Shown here: piece after piece, positions 1 to 11,833 of the stretch | How the letters are laid out: every line of letters begins with the position of its first letter | Numbering within the stretch: the stretch's first letter is position 1 | Assembly (NCBI RefSeq): GCF_006345805.1 | Contig: NC_042998.1 | Coordinates: forward strand, 196,974,001-197,038,000 | Origin: Octopus sinensis | Lineage: Eukaryota | Length of the DNA stretch: 64,000 nucleotides | Direction: 5' to 3' | The notes under the pieces: model-generated | The model's input: only the letters and a program-made list of their open reading frames with translations | Told to the model about the DNA's origin: nothing | The model's database searches: none | Made by a program: the position numbers and the translations under genes

Positions 1-384
1 GATGCACGTACATGTTGCTGTGATGCATCAGCTGCATAGCTGCAAGAGAACTTAAGGTTGAACATTGGAGAGCTATTCTGCTGCTTGACCTGCAAGAGTA
101 GTAGTCAAATCTATCTATAACTTTCACCCTCTTATATAAAGCAAGGAAATATTACATACTTGTATTCCTACAAACTCCTAAAAGAAGACTGGATCATCAG
201 GCTTGAAATGAAGTCTGCTTGGTCAGAGTTGAGCTGAGGTTAAAACAACAACTTCAGGTTGATCACTTAAACTACTGATACGGAATAAAAGGGATTCTTT
301 AGATCTACTGACAAGTCCTTAGATGACATTTCTGAGTTAAGTTACTGATTGAATCCGCGTCCTTTATTTAATAATATAAATAAT

Positions 385-655
385 AATCATAATCATTGTT
401 TAACGTCCACTTTCCATGCTAGCATGGGTTGGACAAATGACTGAGGACTGGCGAACCAGATGGCTGTACCAGGCTCCAATCTTGATCTGGCAGAGTTTCT
501 ACAGCTGGATGCCCTTCCTAATGCCAACCACTCAGAGAGTGTAGTGGGTGCTTTTTACGTGCCACCGGCATGGAGGCCAGTCAAGTGGTACTGGCAATGA
601 CCTCGCTCGAATCTTTTACACATGCCACCGGCACGGGTCCCAGTAAGGCGACGCA
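385..655 (-). mobile_element. RTE 3' UTR terminal fragment (family A)
   Basis: gtttaacgtccactttccatgctagcatgggttgg...ggatgcccttcctaatgccaacc, matching the LINE 3' end at 29830-30010. Confidence 0.85.
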
Positions 656-671
656 TATATACACACATACA

Positions 672-916
672 TAGATTGGCATATTTTGGTCATATTATGC
701 GGAGAAAATCCCAGGAGAAGGACATCATGCTCAGAATGGTCAGTGGCAAGAGAGGAAGAGGCCGACCAAGAACCCGCTGGCTTGACACCATCAGGAGTGA
801 CACGGGAATGGCCATAGCCAATCTGAAAGAAGCGACCCAGGATAGAAATGGCTGGAGAACACTGATCCATCGAGTAACCGAAAGTCGACTTCGACTGAGC
901 GGATAGATAGATAGAT
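672..916 (+). mobile_element. 3' end of a BovB-like RTE LINE with (ATAG)n tail
   Basis: LAYFGHIMR...GKRGRGRPRTRWLD...DRNGWR...RL, stop at 906. Confidence 0.85.
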
Positions 917-954
917 ATACATGTACATGCCTACATATATATGTATATATGTAT

Positions 955-1490
955 GTATATATGGGTACAGGATGTCAAAAAAACGTGAACAAATTGAGAA
1001 ACGAGAACATAAAAAACAAGAGCATGGAAAACAAACTTTTTTTTTGTACAACTAAAGTAACAAATAGATAAACGACACAGGCAAAGTAGAGAACAATCCC
1101 TTCATCAGTTGTCCCCTGTTTTATCTACTCCATGTTTCGAAGGTAGGGACAAGACGCGACTTTGTTAAAACAGTCCTTCCCGCAAAGCAAATTAAATAAA
1201 ATTTGGGATTTTTTGCGGAGGGTTAAAGTGGTAACAAAAACAGGACAGTAAGAACAAACAGTGAGGGCTGTTAAGCCATAACGAGGTGAAGTGGTGAACA
1301 CTGGGAAAATGAGCTTTGAGAAGAGACAGGCAAAAGCACGTCTTATCTTTAGGAAGGAAGTGGAAGAAAGAAAGATAGAGTCAAGGAGGAAAAGTGAGAG
1401 AGAGAGGGGGAATGGTGAAGGGCAGAGGAGAAGAATTAGAGAAAGGGTGGGAGAGAAAACCAGAAAGGAAGTATCCTTTATTTAATAACT
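955..1490 (-). mobile_element. Probable Penelope-like 3'/terminal fragment
   Basis: Terminus atgggtacaggatgtcaaaaaa recurs inverted at about 40700-40725. CTGATGA and GAAAC motifs on the minus strand at 1102-1139. Confidence 0.35.
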
Positions 1491-1689
1491 GGGTTTGCTA
1501 TTCTAACCACTGGCCAAAGCAGAGCAGTACTGCAATTAAAAAATAAAGACTTTAGGTACAGGTATGACTGTGGGGTAAGAAGTTTGCTTCCCATCCACAT
1601 GGTTCAGGGTTCAGTCTCACTGTGTGGCACCTTGGGTGTTTTTTACTATGGCCCTAGGCCAACCAAAGTCTTCCTTGGATCTTTCCTTT

Positions 1690-1833
1690 TCCTATGTTTC
1701 TGACGAAGAGCTCCGCTCAAAACGTTAAATCCTCCTTTCTTTCCTTTCCTGAGTGTCCAATAACACTATACTTGTTCCACATCCTCGCGTTGTGTTTTCA
1801 TGTTTGGATTAACTTTATATATATAGTTAAATC
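1690..1833 (+). mobile_element. Short Penelope-like terminal fragment with degenerate minimal hammerhead
   Basis: CTGACGA-A-GAGC-tcc-GCTC-AAAAC-GTT at 1700-1726 (GAAAC mutated to AAAAC). Ends in a near-palindrome around (TA)n: ttggattaact...agttaaatccaa. Confidence 0.5.
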
Positions 1834-2448
1834 CAATAGATGCCCTTCCTAACGAGAGTGGTTGGCGTTAGGAAGGGCATCCAGCTGTAGAAACTCTGCC
1901 AGATCAAGATTGGAACCTAGCGCAGCCATCTGGTTCGCCAGTCCTCAGTCAAATCATCCAACTCATGCTAGCATGGAAAGCAGACGTTAAACGATGATGA
2001 TGATGATGATGATGTAAGTGTTTGTCCCCTGCCACTGCTTGGCAATTGGTGTTTGTTTGTTTACATCCCTGTAGCTTAGTAACCTGGTAAAAGAGACTGA
2101 AAGAATAAGTACCAGGTTTAAAAAAAAGGTTGATTTTTTGGGGCTAAAATACTTTAAGGTGGTGCCCCAGCATGGCTACAGTCCAACGACTAAACCAAAA
2201 AATAAAAGACATCTCCAACAATGATGCATTCAACAGAAATGATGGCAACAAAGGAATCAGTCTAGTGGTTAAGTACTTATAAAATGCATCAGTAGTTAGA
2301 ATAGCAGATGCAGTTGGTAACATAAAGGTTCCAAGTTCTGTCACTGGTTTAGCACAAGAGTATCACCTGAAGTTGATTGGTATGCAAGCCAAACAACAGA
2401 ACTGTTGTAAACTCACCTCAGAAAAATGCAGACCAATTGTAAAACTAA

Positions 2449-3301
2449 TTAAAGGCTTTCTTCTTTGCTTAGCTTGTTAGGAAGTCTATTGGTACGTAAG
2501 GAACATTATTTTAATAAATTCTGGTTTGTGAACAACACAAGAAGCCTGAAGATCACTATAAATGCTAAGCTTCCTCGTCCTTCTTACGGTAAATGAACAT
2601 TCTCAATATGACTGAAAGAAAAAAGACTTCAGCTGGCAACAACTATCAATTTTTTACAAGGCTAAAATAAGGCCCATAATGGGGCACTGATACCTATTTC
2701 TTTACTACCCACAAGAGGCTAAACACAGAAGGGACAAATAAGGACAGACAGACGGATTAAGTCGATTATATTGACCCCAGTGCGTAACTGGTACTTATTT
2801 AATCGACCCCGAAAGGATGAAAAGCAAAGCTGTACTCGGCGGAATTTGAACTCAGAACGTAGCGGCAGACGAAATACTGCTAAGCATTTCGCCCGGCATG
2901 TTAACGTTTCTGCCAGCTCGCCGCCTTATTGGGGCACTGATACCACTTTTTGGACAGTGCTGTTACACTATACACAAAGATTTTAAGCTGCATTCAAAGA
3001 AAGGTGACTTGACCTGCCAAACTCTGGTCCACAGATGTACTGTTTTCTCCCTCACTGCCCTCCTCTTTCTACAAGAGCCACTATTTGGAGCTGGATAATC
3101 TCATGTCACATCTACTTAGGTATGTCACATCTACTTAGGTGCCCTCAGTCACTTGTCTCTCCTCCTCTCAGAACCCATATTGCTTCTACCATGTCTAGGC
3201 CCTGCACTAACCATCTTTAATTCCTTCTTTGCAGATGTTTTTCCTGCAGCCATCGACTTGCAACCAATCACACCAGTCTCAGAAACCCTGCAAAAGCCGC
3301 A
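2449..3301 (-). CDS. Tentative last four short coding exons of an unidentified minus-strand gene (3301-3212, 2987-2944, 2611-2588, 2485-2449)
   Basis: All introns are GT-AG and phase-compatible, giving CGFCRVSETGVIGCKSMAAGKTSAKKELKMLKIFVYSVTALSKKCHIENVHLPLPNKLSKEESL*. Sites were chosen post hoc and no family is recognised. Confidence 0.22.
2695..2929 (-). mobile_element. tRNA-derived SINE family C monomer
   Basis: Head taaggcggcgagctggcag with B box gagttcaaattcc; 15-bp TSD TGGGGCACTGATACC at 2680-2694 and 2930-2944. Confidence 0.92.
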
Positions 3302-4424
3302 CTGGACTAAAAATAAATAAATGGCAAAATGTATAACTGGAAACTTCTCATTTCTTCTACTAGTTTAAGTACAAACCAACCTGGAATATTCTGTTTAGTT
3401 ACTTTACCTGAAGAAACAGCACCCAATTCTCACTTAAATCACACTCTATGTTTAGAAAAGAAAAGTAAACATCAAATCATTAGTTTGTGATATCTCTGAA
3501 TCGACAGGAAGGCCATGGATGAACTACCTTTGATCATAAGTTTGCTTGATCAGGACTGACCTGGAGCTAAACAACAGCAATAATATTGGTTTTCACTCAA
3601 GACAAATGTTCGATATTTTAAACAAAGACAAGATGTCTACACCTTTCATAGAGGAATTAGTCGTGTTGTGACTGGTTTTTTTTTTGAGTATTGTGACTCC
3701 AGGGTACAGTCGAGCTTTTGGGAACTTAACTCCTTGTTCTAAGGTTTGTAACACTTTACAGCAGACAATACAAAAACTGTTCAAAATCTGCTAATCTTCA
3801 CCATCTCACTTCTCCCTCAATGCATGGAATATGCTGTAGTTTAGTTCCAGGTCAGCTGAATGAAGTAGATCTACAATGAAAGGGCTTTCCAGCCATGACC
3901 ATGCTAGTGTATTTAGAATCATATCCAATTTTCGTTTTTTCTTCTTTTAAAGTGGTAGAATGGAATGAAGGAGGTTTGGCTGCTATCTCAAGCAGATTGA
4001 CACATCTTCATTGACTTGTTCATGATGAAGGAGCAGAATGGTGCGAAAGTGAAGAAAGAGTCACCTCTTGACCGCTGAAGCCAAGTCATGGTGTAGATTT
4101 TTACACACAAGTGAAGTTTTAGGAGAGAGCAAATTTTCGTTGAATTTCACATTAATTCTGTGTGAAGGGAGACAATTCTTATTTATGGACAAAATTCAAG
4201 ACTTGTAAAAACTTAAATCCGATATGTTATCACCTACTTTGCAATCACACACAACTTTACGGTTTTGATTAATAAGAGAGAGGAGGTTGTCATCAGATCA
4301 AAGACCTGACCTAAATGTTTGCAACAGATTAGACTCTGCTGAAAGTACACAGGGCCAGGGGATGGGTTAAGCTTTACAAGTCTTTGGTTGACCTAAGGAT
4401 ATGGTAGAAGATACCTGTGCAGCA

Positions 4425-4835
4425 TATCATCATCATCGTTTAACGTCCGCTTTCCATGCTAGCATGGGTTGGACGATTTTGACTGAGGGCTGGCGAACCA
4501 GATGGCTGCACCAGGCTCCAATCTTGATCTGGCAGAGTTTTTACAGTTGGATGCCCTTCCTAACGCCAACCACTCCAAGAGGATAGTGGGTGCTTTTTAC
4601 TTGCCACCAGCATGGGGGCCAGTCAGGCGGTACTGGCAATGACCTCACTCGAATCTTTTTACACATGCCACCGGCACAGGTGCTAATAAGGCGACGTTGG
4701 TAACGATCACGCTCGAATGGTGCCCTTTTACGTGCACCGGCATGGAAGCCAGTTGGCTGCTCTGGCAACGATCACGCTCAGATGTTGCTCTTGGCACCCT
4801 ACTAGCATGGGCACAAGTGCCAGTAAGGCGACGCA
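4425..4835 (-). mobile_element. RTE 3' UTR fragment (family A)
   Basis: Same terminal motif with a (CAT)n tail and internal modules. Confidence 0.85.
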
Positions 4836-4930
4836 AAGGAGATTCCAAGTGTGGAAGCCAAATGGACACTCTATGAACTATGCAGACATAGATGTAAAGA
4901 TGAAGTTTTAGGGTTGCAGAGAACAAATGT

Positions 4931-5338
4931 TTTTTACTCTTTTACTTGTTTCAGTCATTTGACTGCGGCCATGCTGGAGCACCGCCTTTAATCGAGCAAC
5001 TCGACCCTGGGACTTATTCTTTTGTAAGCCCAGGACTTATTCTATCGGTCTCTTTTGCCGAACAACTAAGTAACAGGGACATAAACACACCAGCATCGGT
5101 TGTCAAGCAATGCTAGGGGGACAAACACAGACACACAAACACACACACATACATATATATATGTACATATATACGACAGGCTTCTTTCAGTTTCCGTCTA
5201 CCAAATCCACTCACAAAGCTTCGGTCGGCCCGAGGCTATAGCAGAAGACACTTGCCCAAGATGCCACGCAGTGGAACTGAACCCGGAACCATGTGGTTGG
5301 TTAGCAAGCTACTTACCACACAGCCACTCCTGCGCCTA
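4931..5338 (-). mobile_element. tRNA-derived SINE family B, full length
   Basis: Head ggcgcaggagtggctgtgtgg with B-box-like ggttcagttcc; internal (TA/TG)n; tail gactgaaacaagtaaaagag. Confidence 0.9.
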
Positions 5339-5887
5339 ATTTTGTTTTCTTTATTTCAGAGTTCTGTATAAAAGGAACTAATTCCCGTTGCTTGTAGAAG
5401 ACATTGAAGGCCTGTTGGTGAAATTTATTTAAGTTAGAGTTTATACAACTGAATCTAAAATATAATCAGATATGTACTGATATAGTTTAAACATGGTGGC
5501 ATACACCTGAATTATCTATGGACAGGTGAACAACTAGTACCACAATGATGTAATATGACAAGGAGAGATATACTAGAGGACTTTGCACCTGTCGAGAGGG
5601 AGAGAGAGAGAGGGGAAGAGAGACAATAGTCGAGTGAACATGATAGGTTTTGTTGATCAAAACTTACTTCAGAGCCCATATCTAAAATGTACGATGACCT
5701 TGAATTTTCCTTATCTAATCAACCACACTGAAATTATATAAAGACAACACATTCGCACACTTCTAGGTTTGTGTACCTGCATTATTCAGTAGGATTAATT
5801 ATTAGAAATATCTCGTAAATAAAACTCGTAAAAAGATGGAAAGGTTTATAGGAAGAAAATCAGTGTCTACAGAGGTCAAATTACAAA

Positions 5888-6450
5888 TCATCATCATCAT
5901 CATCGTTTAACGTCCGCTTTCCATGCTAGCATGGGTTGGACGGTTCAAAAGGGGTCTGGGAAGCCAGGAGGCCGCACCAGGCCAGTCAGATCTGGCAGTG
6001 TTTCTACAGCTGGATGCCCTTCCTATTGCCAACCACTCCGAGAGTGTAATGGGTGATTTTATGTGCCACCGACACAGGTGCCAGACGAGGCTGGCAGACG
6101 GTCACGCTCGAATGGTGTTTTTTTATGTGCCACCGACACAGGTGCCAGACGAGGCTGGCAGATGGCCACGCTCGGATGGTGTTTTTTATGTGCCACCGAC
6201 ACAGGTGCCAGACGAGGCTGGCGAACGGCTACGATCGGATGGTGTTTGTTACGTGCCCACAGCACGGGGCCAGTCGATGCGGTACTGGCTACGGTCCCGT
6301 TCGGATGGTTTTCTTATGTGCCACCGGCACTGGGACCACAAGGATACAAATTCCATTGATGTTCATCTATTTGATTTGATTCGATTTGACTTGACTTTCA
6401 CTTGCCTCAACAGGTCTTCACAAGTATCACAAGCAGGAAGGTATGCACAG
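5888..6450 (-). mobile_element. RTE 3' UTR (family A) with internal 63-bp VNTR
   Basis: Units start at about 6062, 6126, 6189 and 6252. Confidence 0.85.
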
Positions 6451-6707
6451 GTGGACTGACTACGTCCCAGGTAGTGGCCATATATATTGTTAAAGAGGAC
6501 AACAAACGTTATGGCAAGACAAACATCTCAAGTCATATACATTATTATGATTTCTGCTATATCGAATATCTACAACGGCTCCATAACTACTATCTTGCCT
6601 ATAACCTCGGAGCCCTGGTAATCTGTTACAGCACTTACCTGGTCATTTAGATCACCTGTGAATTAAATCTCCATACTTTGTGTGTGTGTTTCTGTGTGTG
6701 TATATAT

Positions 6708-7115
6708 ACTCTTTTACTCTTTTACTTGTTTCAGTCATTTGACTGTGGCCATGCTGGAGCACCGCCTTTAGTCGAGCAAATCGACCCCAGGATTTATTCT
6801 TTGTAAGCCCAGTACTTATTCTATCGGTCTCTTTTGCCGAACCGCTAAGTGACGGGGACCTAAACACACCAGCATCGGTTGTCAAGCAATGCTAGGGGGA
6901 CAAACACAGACACACAAATATACACACACATACATATATATATACATATATCCAACAGGCTTCTTTCAGTTTCCGTCTACCAAATCCACTCACAAGGCAT
7001 TGGTCAGCCTGAGGCTATAGCAGAAGATACTTGCCCAAGATGCCACGCAGTGGGACTGAACCTGGAACCATGTGGTTGGTAAGCAAGCTACTTACCACAC
7101 AGCCACTCCTGTGCA
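6708..7115 (-). mobile_element. SINE family B
   Basis: Near-identical to 4931-5338. Confidence 0.9.
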
Positions 7116-7289
7116 TATATATATACACACACACATCTCCGTCATTTAAAAGCATGAAGATGATAATTCTACTCTACTGCTACTTATTATAGGGGACTGT
7201 TTTTATTTTTATTTATTTATTTTTTTTGCTGTACATCCAAATATATATATACACACACACACATATATATAATGACAGGTACAATGATG

Positions 7290-7700
7290 AATTTAGGGTA
7301 CAGTTCTCAGTCCCCTCCGACTCACCATTGTCCTCCAGGTTATAACAGAGGTATTTAAGACTGGTGCTGATGACCTCATCCTCATTGCAGGTCGAATACA
7401 ATTAGGAAAGGAATTCCAGGTGTGAAAGCAAAACCTGGAATTAAAGTTAATTAAGCAAAGACCAAAGTTCTAGTAAGCAGAACAGACTGGACTCCACTCC
7501 CTTCAGGTCAATTGTCCTACTTGATATGTAGAAAAGGTGTAGACAGGAATTTCATATGGTGCATGAAACAAGCTATGTACACACTAGAGGTGCAGCGAAA
7601 TCACAAGAAGGAGGTTAACAGAGGAAGTAGTGTTTGTATGCAGGAGCAATAAACACTAATGACACATGGGAAACGGATTTTCTTGAATGCTCTAGAGCAG
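7290..7700 (+). mobile_element. Degenerate RTE-family RT/PHD fragment
   Basis: VITEVFKTG..ADDLILIA; KTKVLVS; aaaggtgtagacaggaat (KGVGRN-like). Confidence 0.65.
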
Positions 7701-7789
7701 GCCTGGCCACCTTGAATTACACTGCAGGTCACTTTAATCACAAAGTTTTTTGAGGGCTGCTTGTATACTTTATGCACTAATAGCATAAC

Positions 7790-9200
7790 CAGCATCCATT
7801 GCTAGTGGAGCGCTAAGAGTACCACACGAGTGAGATCGTTGCCAGAGCAACAAGCTGACATTTGTGCCGATGGCATGTTAAAAACACCATTCAAACGTGA
7901 TCGCTACCTGCGTCGCCTTACTAGCACTTGTGCTGGTGGCATGTGAAATATTCGAGCGAGGTCGTCGCCAGTGCCGCTGAACTGGCTCCTGTGCAGGTGG
8001 CACATAAAAAGTACCATTTGGGCGTGGCCGTTTCCAGTTCCACCAAACTGGCCCTCGTGACGGTGGCACGTAAAAGCACCCACTACACTCTCGGAGTGGT
8101 TGGCGTAAGGAAGGGCATCGAGCTGTAGAAACTCTAAAGGTGTTTAGTCAAACAAACAGACCCCAGTACTTATTTATTTTTTTTAAAGTCTGGTACTTAT
8201 TCTATTAATCTCTTTTGCTGAATTACTAAGTTACAGGAATGTAAACAAACCAACACAAGTTATCAGGTAGTAGAGAATAGACACAAACACATACATACAT
8301 GTGTATATATATATATATATGACAGGCTTCCACACAGCTTCTGTTGATCAAATCCACTGAATAGACTTTGGTTGGTCTAGGGCTATAGTAGAAAACATTT
8401 GTCCAAGGTGCCACATTGTGGGACTGAACCTGAAACCATATTGTTGGGAAGCATGCCAGACATTAACAGGTTAGTTTGAAGGAGACTTGGCTATTAATTT
8501 TAGCAAGTGAAGCAACTGTACAAAAATTTATGGTGTCTGGCTCTTCAAGATATTTGGCTGTTATTTCTAGCAAGTCAAGTAACCATACACTCTAAGACCA
8601 GTGATTTCCAGATGTCTTTGATTCATGGAACACAATAATAATGTTGACCTTGGGACACATTTGGTTGAGTAGTTTAAACGTGGATGTTCTGTTATTTTAA
8701 AACATGTTAATTTGTGATTGAACCAAATTCGATGACTGGCACCCAGCCATTGCCAGTGCCGCTGGACTGACTTCTGAGCAGGTGGCAATAAAGAAACACC
8801 GCTTCGACCCTGTGCTTGAGGTGACCTATTGAGTCAAGTACATCAACATCAAAAAATCAAATGGAAATTGTAGTTGTGATCCCTGTGCCAATGGCATGTA
8901 AAAAGCACTATTTGAACGTGACTGATGCCAATGCTGCCTTGAATGGCTTCTGTGCCGGTGGCACATAAAAAGCACCAACCGATCGTGGCCGTTGCCAGCC
9001 TCGCCTGGCACCTGTGCCGGTGGCATGTAAAAAGCACCTACCACACTCATGGAGTGGTTGGCGTTAGGAAGGGCATCAAGCTGTAGAAACACTGCCAGAT
9101 CAGACTGGAGCGTGGTGCAGCTTCCTGGCTTCCCAGACCCCAGTCGAATCATCCAACCCATGCTAGCATGGAAAACGGACGTTAAACAATGATGATGGTA
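7790..9200 (+). mobile_element. Two family A 3' UTR fragments (7790-8135, 8730-9200) with an old SINE B between them (8136-8455, minus strand)
   Basis: Recognised from the ggttggcg.taggaagggcatc motif and the SINE B internal motifs. Confidence 0.7.
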
Positions 9201-9839
9201 TGTAGCATGGTGCTTTTTACATGCCACCAGCACAGGGATCACAACTACAATTTCACAGAGGGGACAAACAAGGACAGACAGACGGATTAAGTCGATTACA
9301 TCGACACCAGTGCGTAACTGGTTGATAAATTTTGGGGACCTCGAAGTTGGTGAAGGTTGTGAAGAGGAGAGGAAGTTGTGTGAGGAGAGAAAGCGGAAGA
9401 GACGAGACTAAGAAAGTAAATAGATGTCGGCTGTGAGCTAGTTTAATCAATGCTAAATGGACTTTTGAATCACCTTAAGTAGTATGTATCGATCGTTCTG
9501 CGCAACGAACGCATCGGCCCATCCACAACTTTCGTGTTTCTTTGAAAGCCTTGTATATATAGCATGCTAAATTACTAGCCTGGTGTTCAAACCCTAATAT
9601 CACCATGCTGAGAGTTCAAGACGAGAGGGGAAAAACCAATTTTAGTATTACACAAGTAATTTATTTATATTAACAAGGACGGACGAAAGGCGAAGTTGAC
9701 CTCGGTGGGATTCGAACAATAATTACCAAAACGCGTTTGACCGGTGCCTCTAGCAATTCCTCTTGTAATTTCTAGTTTGTCCCTTTGGTAGATGCCCACA
9801 ATATTATTATACATAATCGTCCTAACAACCCTGGTCACC

Positions 9840-10030
9840 TTTTTTCAGTTAGAGAACTCGTTCACCTGTAAACATGTTTATAAAACCAAAAATCAGTACA
9901 ACACTCATGACTTTCAGAAACATTTTTCCGTACTTGGAATAAACTACCGGCGTCGGATAATTAGCTGCCGGGACTCTATTCATCCTTCGAAAGTTCCCAG
10001 CTTCATGAAACTGGCCAACACTACTTTTGA
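9840..10030 (+). mobile_element. Degenerate CR1 3' fragment
   Basis: CKHVYKTKNQYNTHDFQKHF aligns by eye to GHVYKVRKQHSSHDFLIHF of the 12601-13370 element. Confidence 0.5.
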
Positions 10031-10709
10031 CTTGCTTATACATCCATTCATTTCTTCTTTATTTTGTGTGTGGCTCTTACTGATCACTTCGATCTTTTCG
10101 TTTTATATCCCGTGTATGGCAATCTTTCGTCTCTAGTAGACCTTTCCGTCGATTTCCGTAAAAAAACTTCTTTTTTTTTTTTACATATGGGCTTGCGGGA
10201 ACTTTTGAAGTAACGAGAGCGAAAGAGACTAAGAGAAAGCGATTGTATGACGAGGGAAGTTCTTTTGAAGTTACCGTGCATGGGACGCATTGATGTACAT
10301 GTGTGTGTGTGTGTTTGATGGGGTGTGGGAGACAGACAGTATGTTGTGTAAACGACGGAAAGGTCTACTAGAGACGAAAGATCGTCCCCGTGGGCAATCT
10401 TTCGTCTCTAGTAGACCTTTCCGTCGGTATTACTCGGCCACTTTCGACTATCATCGTTGTCTTCCTTTACTAAACTTATGCTTTCTGTTCCTCTTTTACT
10501 CTTTTTGCGACGAATATAGTGTACTTTCAGCACTATACACTCATCAATATTCTACACATGCTGAATTCTGGTCCTGTTTTGCAAAGTCAAGACATTCATA
10601 CCTACCTATACATGTCTCTTTCAATTATGAAGGGGAAACGAAATTACCAAGGGGGAAATTAAAACGAGGCATAGTCAAGGAAAAACAAGCTCTATCTGTT
10701 CCATCTTAC

Positions 10710-10739
10710 CTTGGAATTTAATAGCCTCACAGACATCAT
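10710..10739 (-). CDS. Tentative first coding exon (MMSVRLLNSK) in a CpG-rich patch
   Basis: acaATGATG start and AAG|GTAAGA donor at 10710/10709; TE-poor CpG-rich surroundings. Confidence 0.2.
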
Positions 10740-10964
10740 TGTCAAGGGTTACGGACTCGACAGCAGCAACAACAACACGAAGATCAAAGCTTACAGAAAC
10801 AATGACTGCAACTGACAACGTGCTTTGGACGACTGAGACCAAGGACGATAACTCTCGAGTGAGAGCGGTGTATAGTCTCCCTTTGGGAAAGAAATACGTC
10901 AGTGCTGCGAGAGTATTTGCCCGGTTGTCTTTAACGAATAAATTCCTCTGATGCCTTAGAAATA

Positions 10965-11756
10965 CCTATTTCTTTACTACCCACAAGTGGCTAAACACAC
11001 AGAGGGGACAAACAAGGACAGACAAACGGATTAAATCGATTACATCGACCCCAGTGCGTAACTGGTACTTATTTAATCGACCCCGAAAGGATGAAAGGCA
11101 AAGTCGACCTCGGCGGAATTTGAACTCAGAACGTAACGGCAGACGAAATACCTATTTCTTTACTACCCACAAGTGGCTAAACACACAGAGGGGACAAACA
11201 AGGACAGACAAACGGATTAAATCGATTACATCGACCCCAGTGCGTAACTGGTACTTATTTAATCGACCCCGAAAGGATGAAAGGCAAAGTCGACCTCGGC
11301 GGAATTTGAACTCAGAACGTAACGGCAGACGAAATACCTATTTCTTTACTACCCACAAGGGGCTAAACACAGAGGGGACAAACAAGGACAGACAAACGGA
11401 TTAAATCGATTACATCGACCCCAGTGCGTAACTGGTACTTATTTAATCGACCCCGAAGGATGAAAGGCAAGTCGACCTCGGCGGAATTTGAACTCAGAAC
11501 GTAACGGCAGACGAAATACCTATTTCTTTACTACCCACAAGTGGCTAAACACACAGAGGGGACAAACAAGGACAGACAAACGGATTAAATCGATTACATC
11601 GACCCCAGTGCGTAACTGGTACTTATTTAATCGACCCCGAAAGGATGAAAGGCAAAGTCGACCTCGGCGGAATTTGAACTCAGAACGTAACGGTAGACAA
11701 AATATGGCTATGCATTTCGTCCGGCGCGCTAACGTTTCTGCCAGATCGCTGCCTTA
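10965..11756 (-). mobile_element. SINE C tetramer (one head, four bodies)
   Basis: Period 186/186/182 bp; flanked by TGATGC(C/G)TTAGAAATA at 10949-10964 and 11757-11772. Confidence 0.92.
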
Positions 11757-11833
11757 TGATGCGTTAGAAATAACGTTGCTGGCCTGGAGCAGATCAAACT
11801 CTGATTTTTATTTTATTTATTTAGTCTTTTTTT

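Noticed and set aside
3409-3446. Possible extra upstream exon (CDLSENWVLFLQ)
   Set aside because: It resembles an old dispersed repeat (ttggctgctatttctagca-like, also near 3975 and 8555).
7326-7434. Apparent minus-strand exon with good splice sites
   Set aside because: The plus strand translates as RTE RT (VITEVFKTG..ADDLILIA), so it is a TE relic.
9792-10136. 114-aa ORF with a signal-peptide-like start
   Set aside because: The middle matches a CR1 3' end and the remainder is low complexity.
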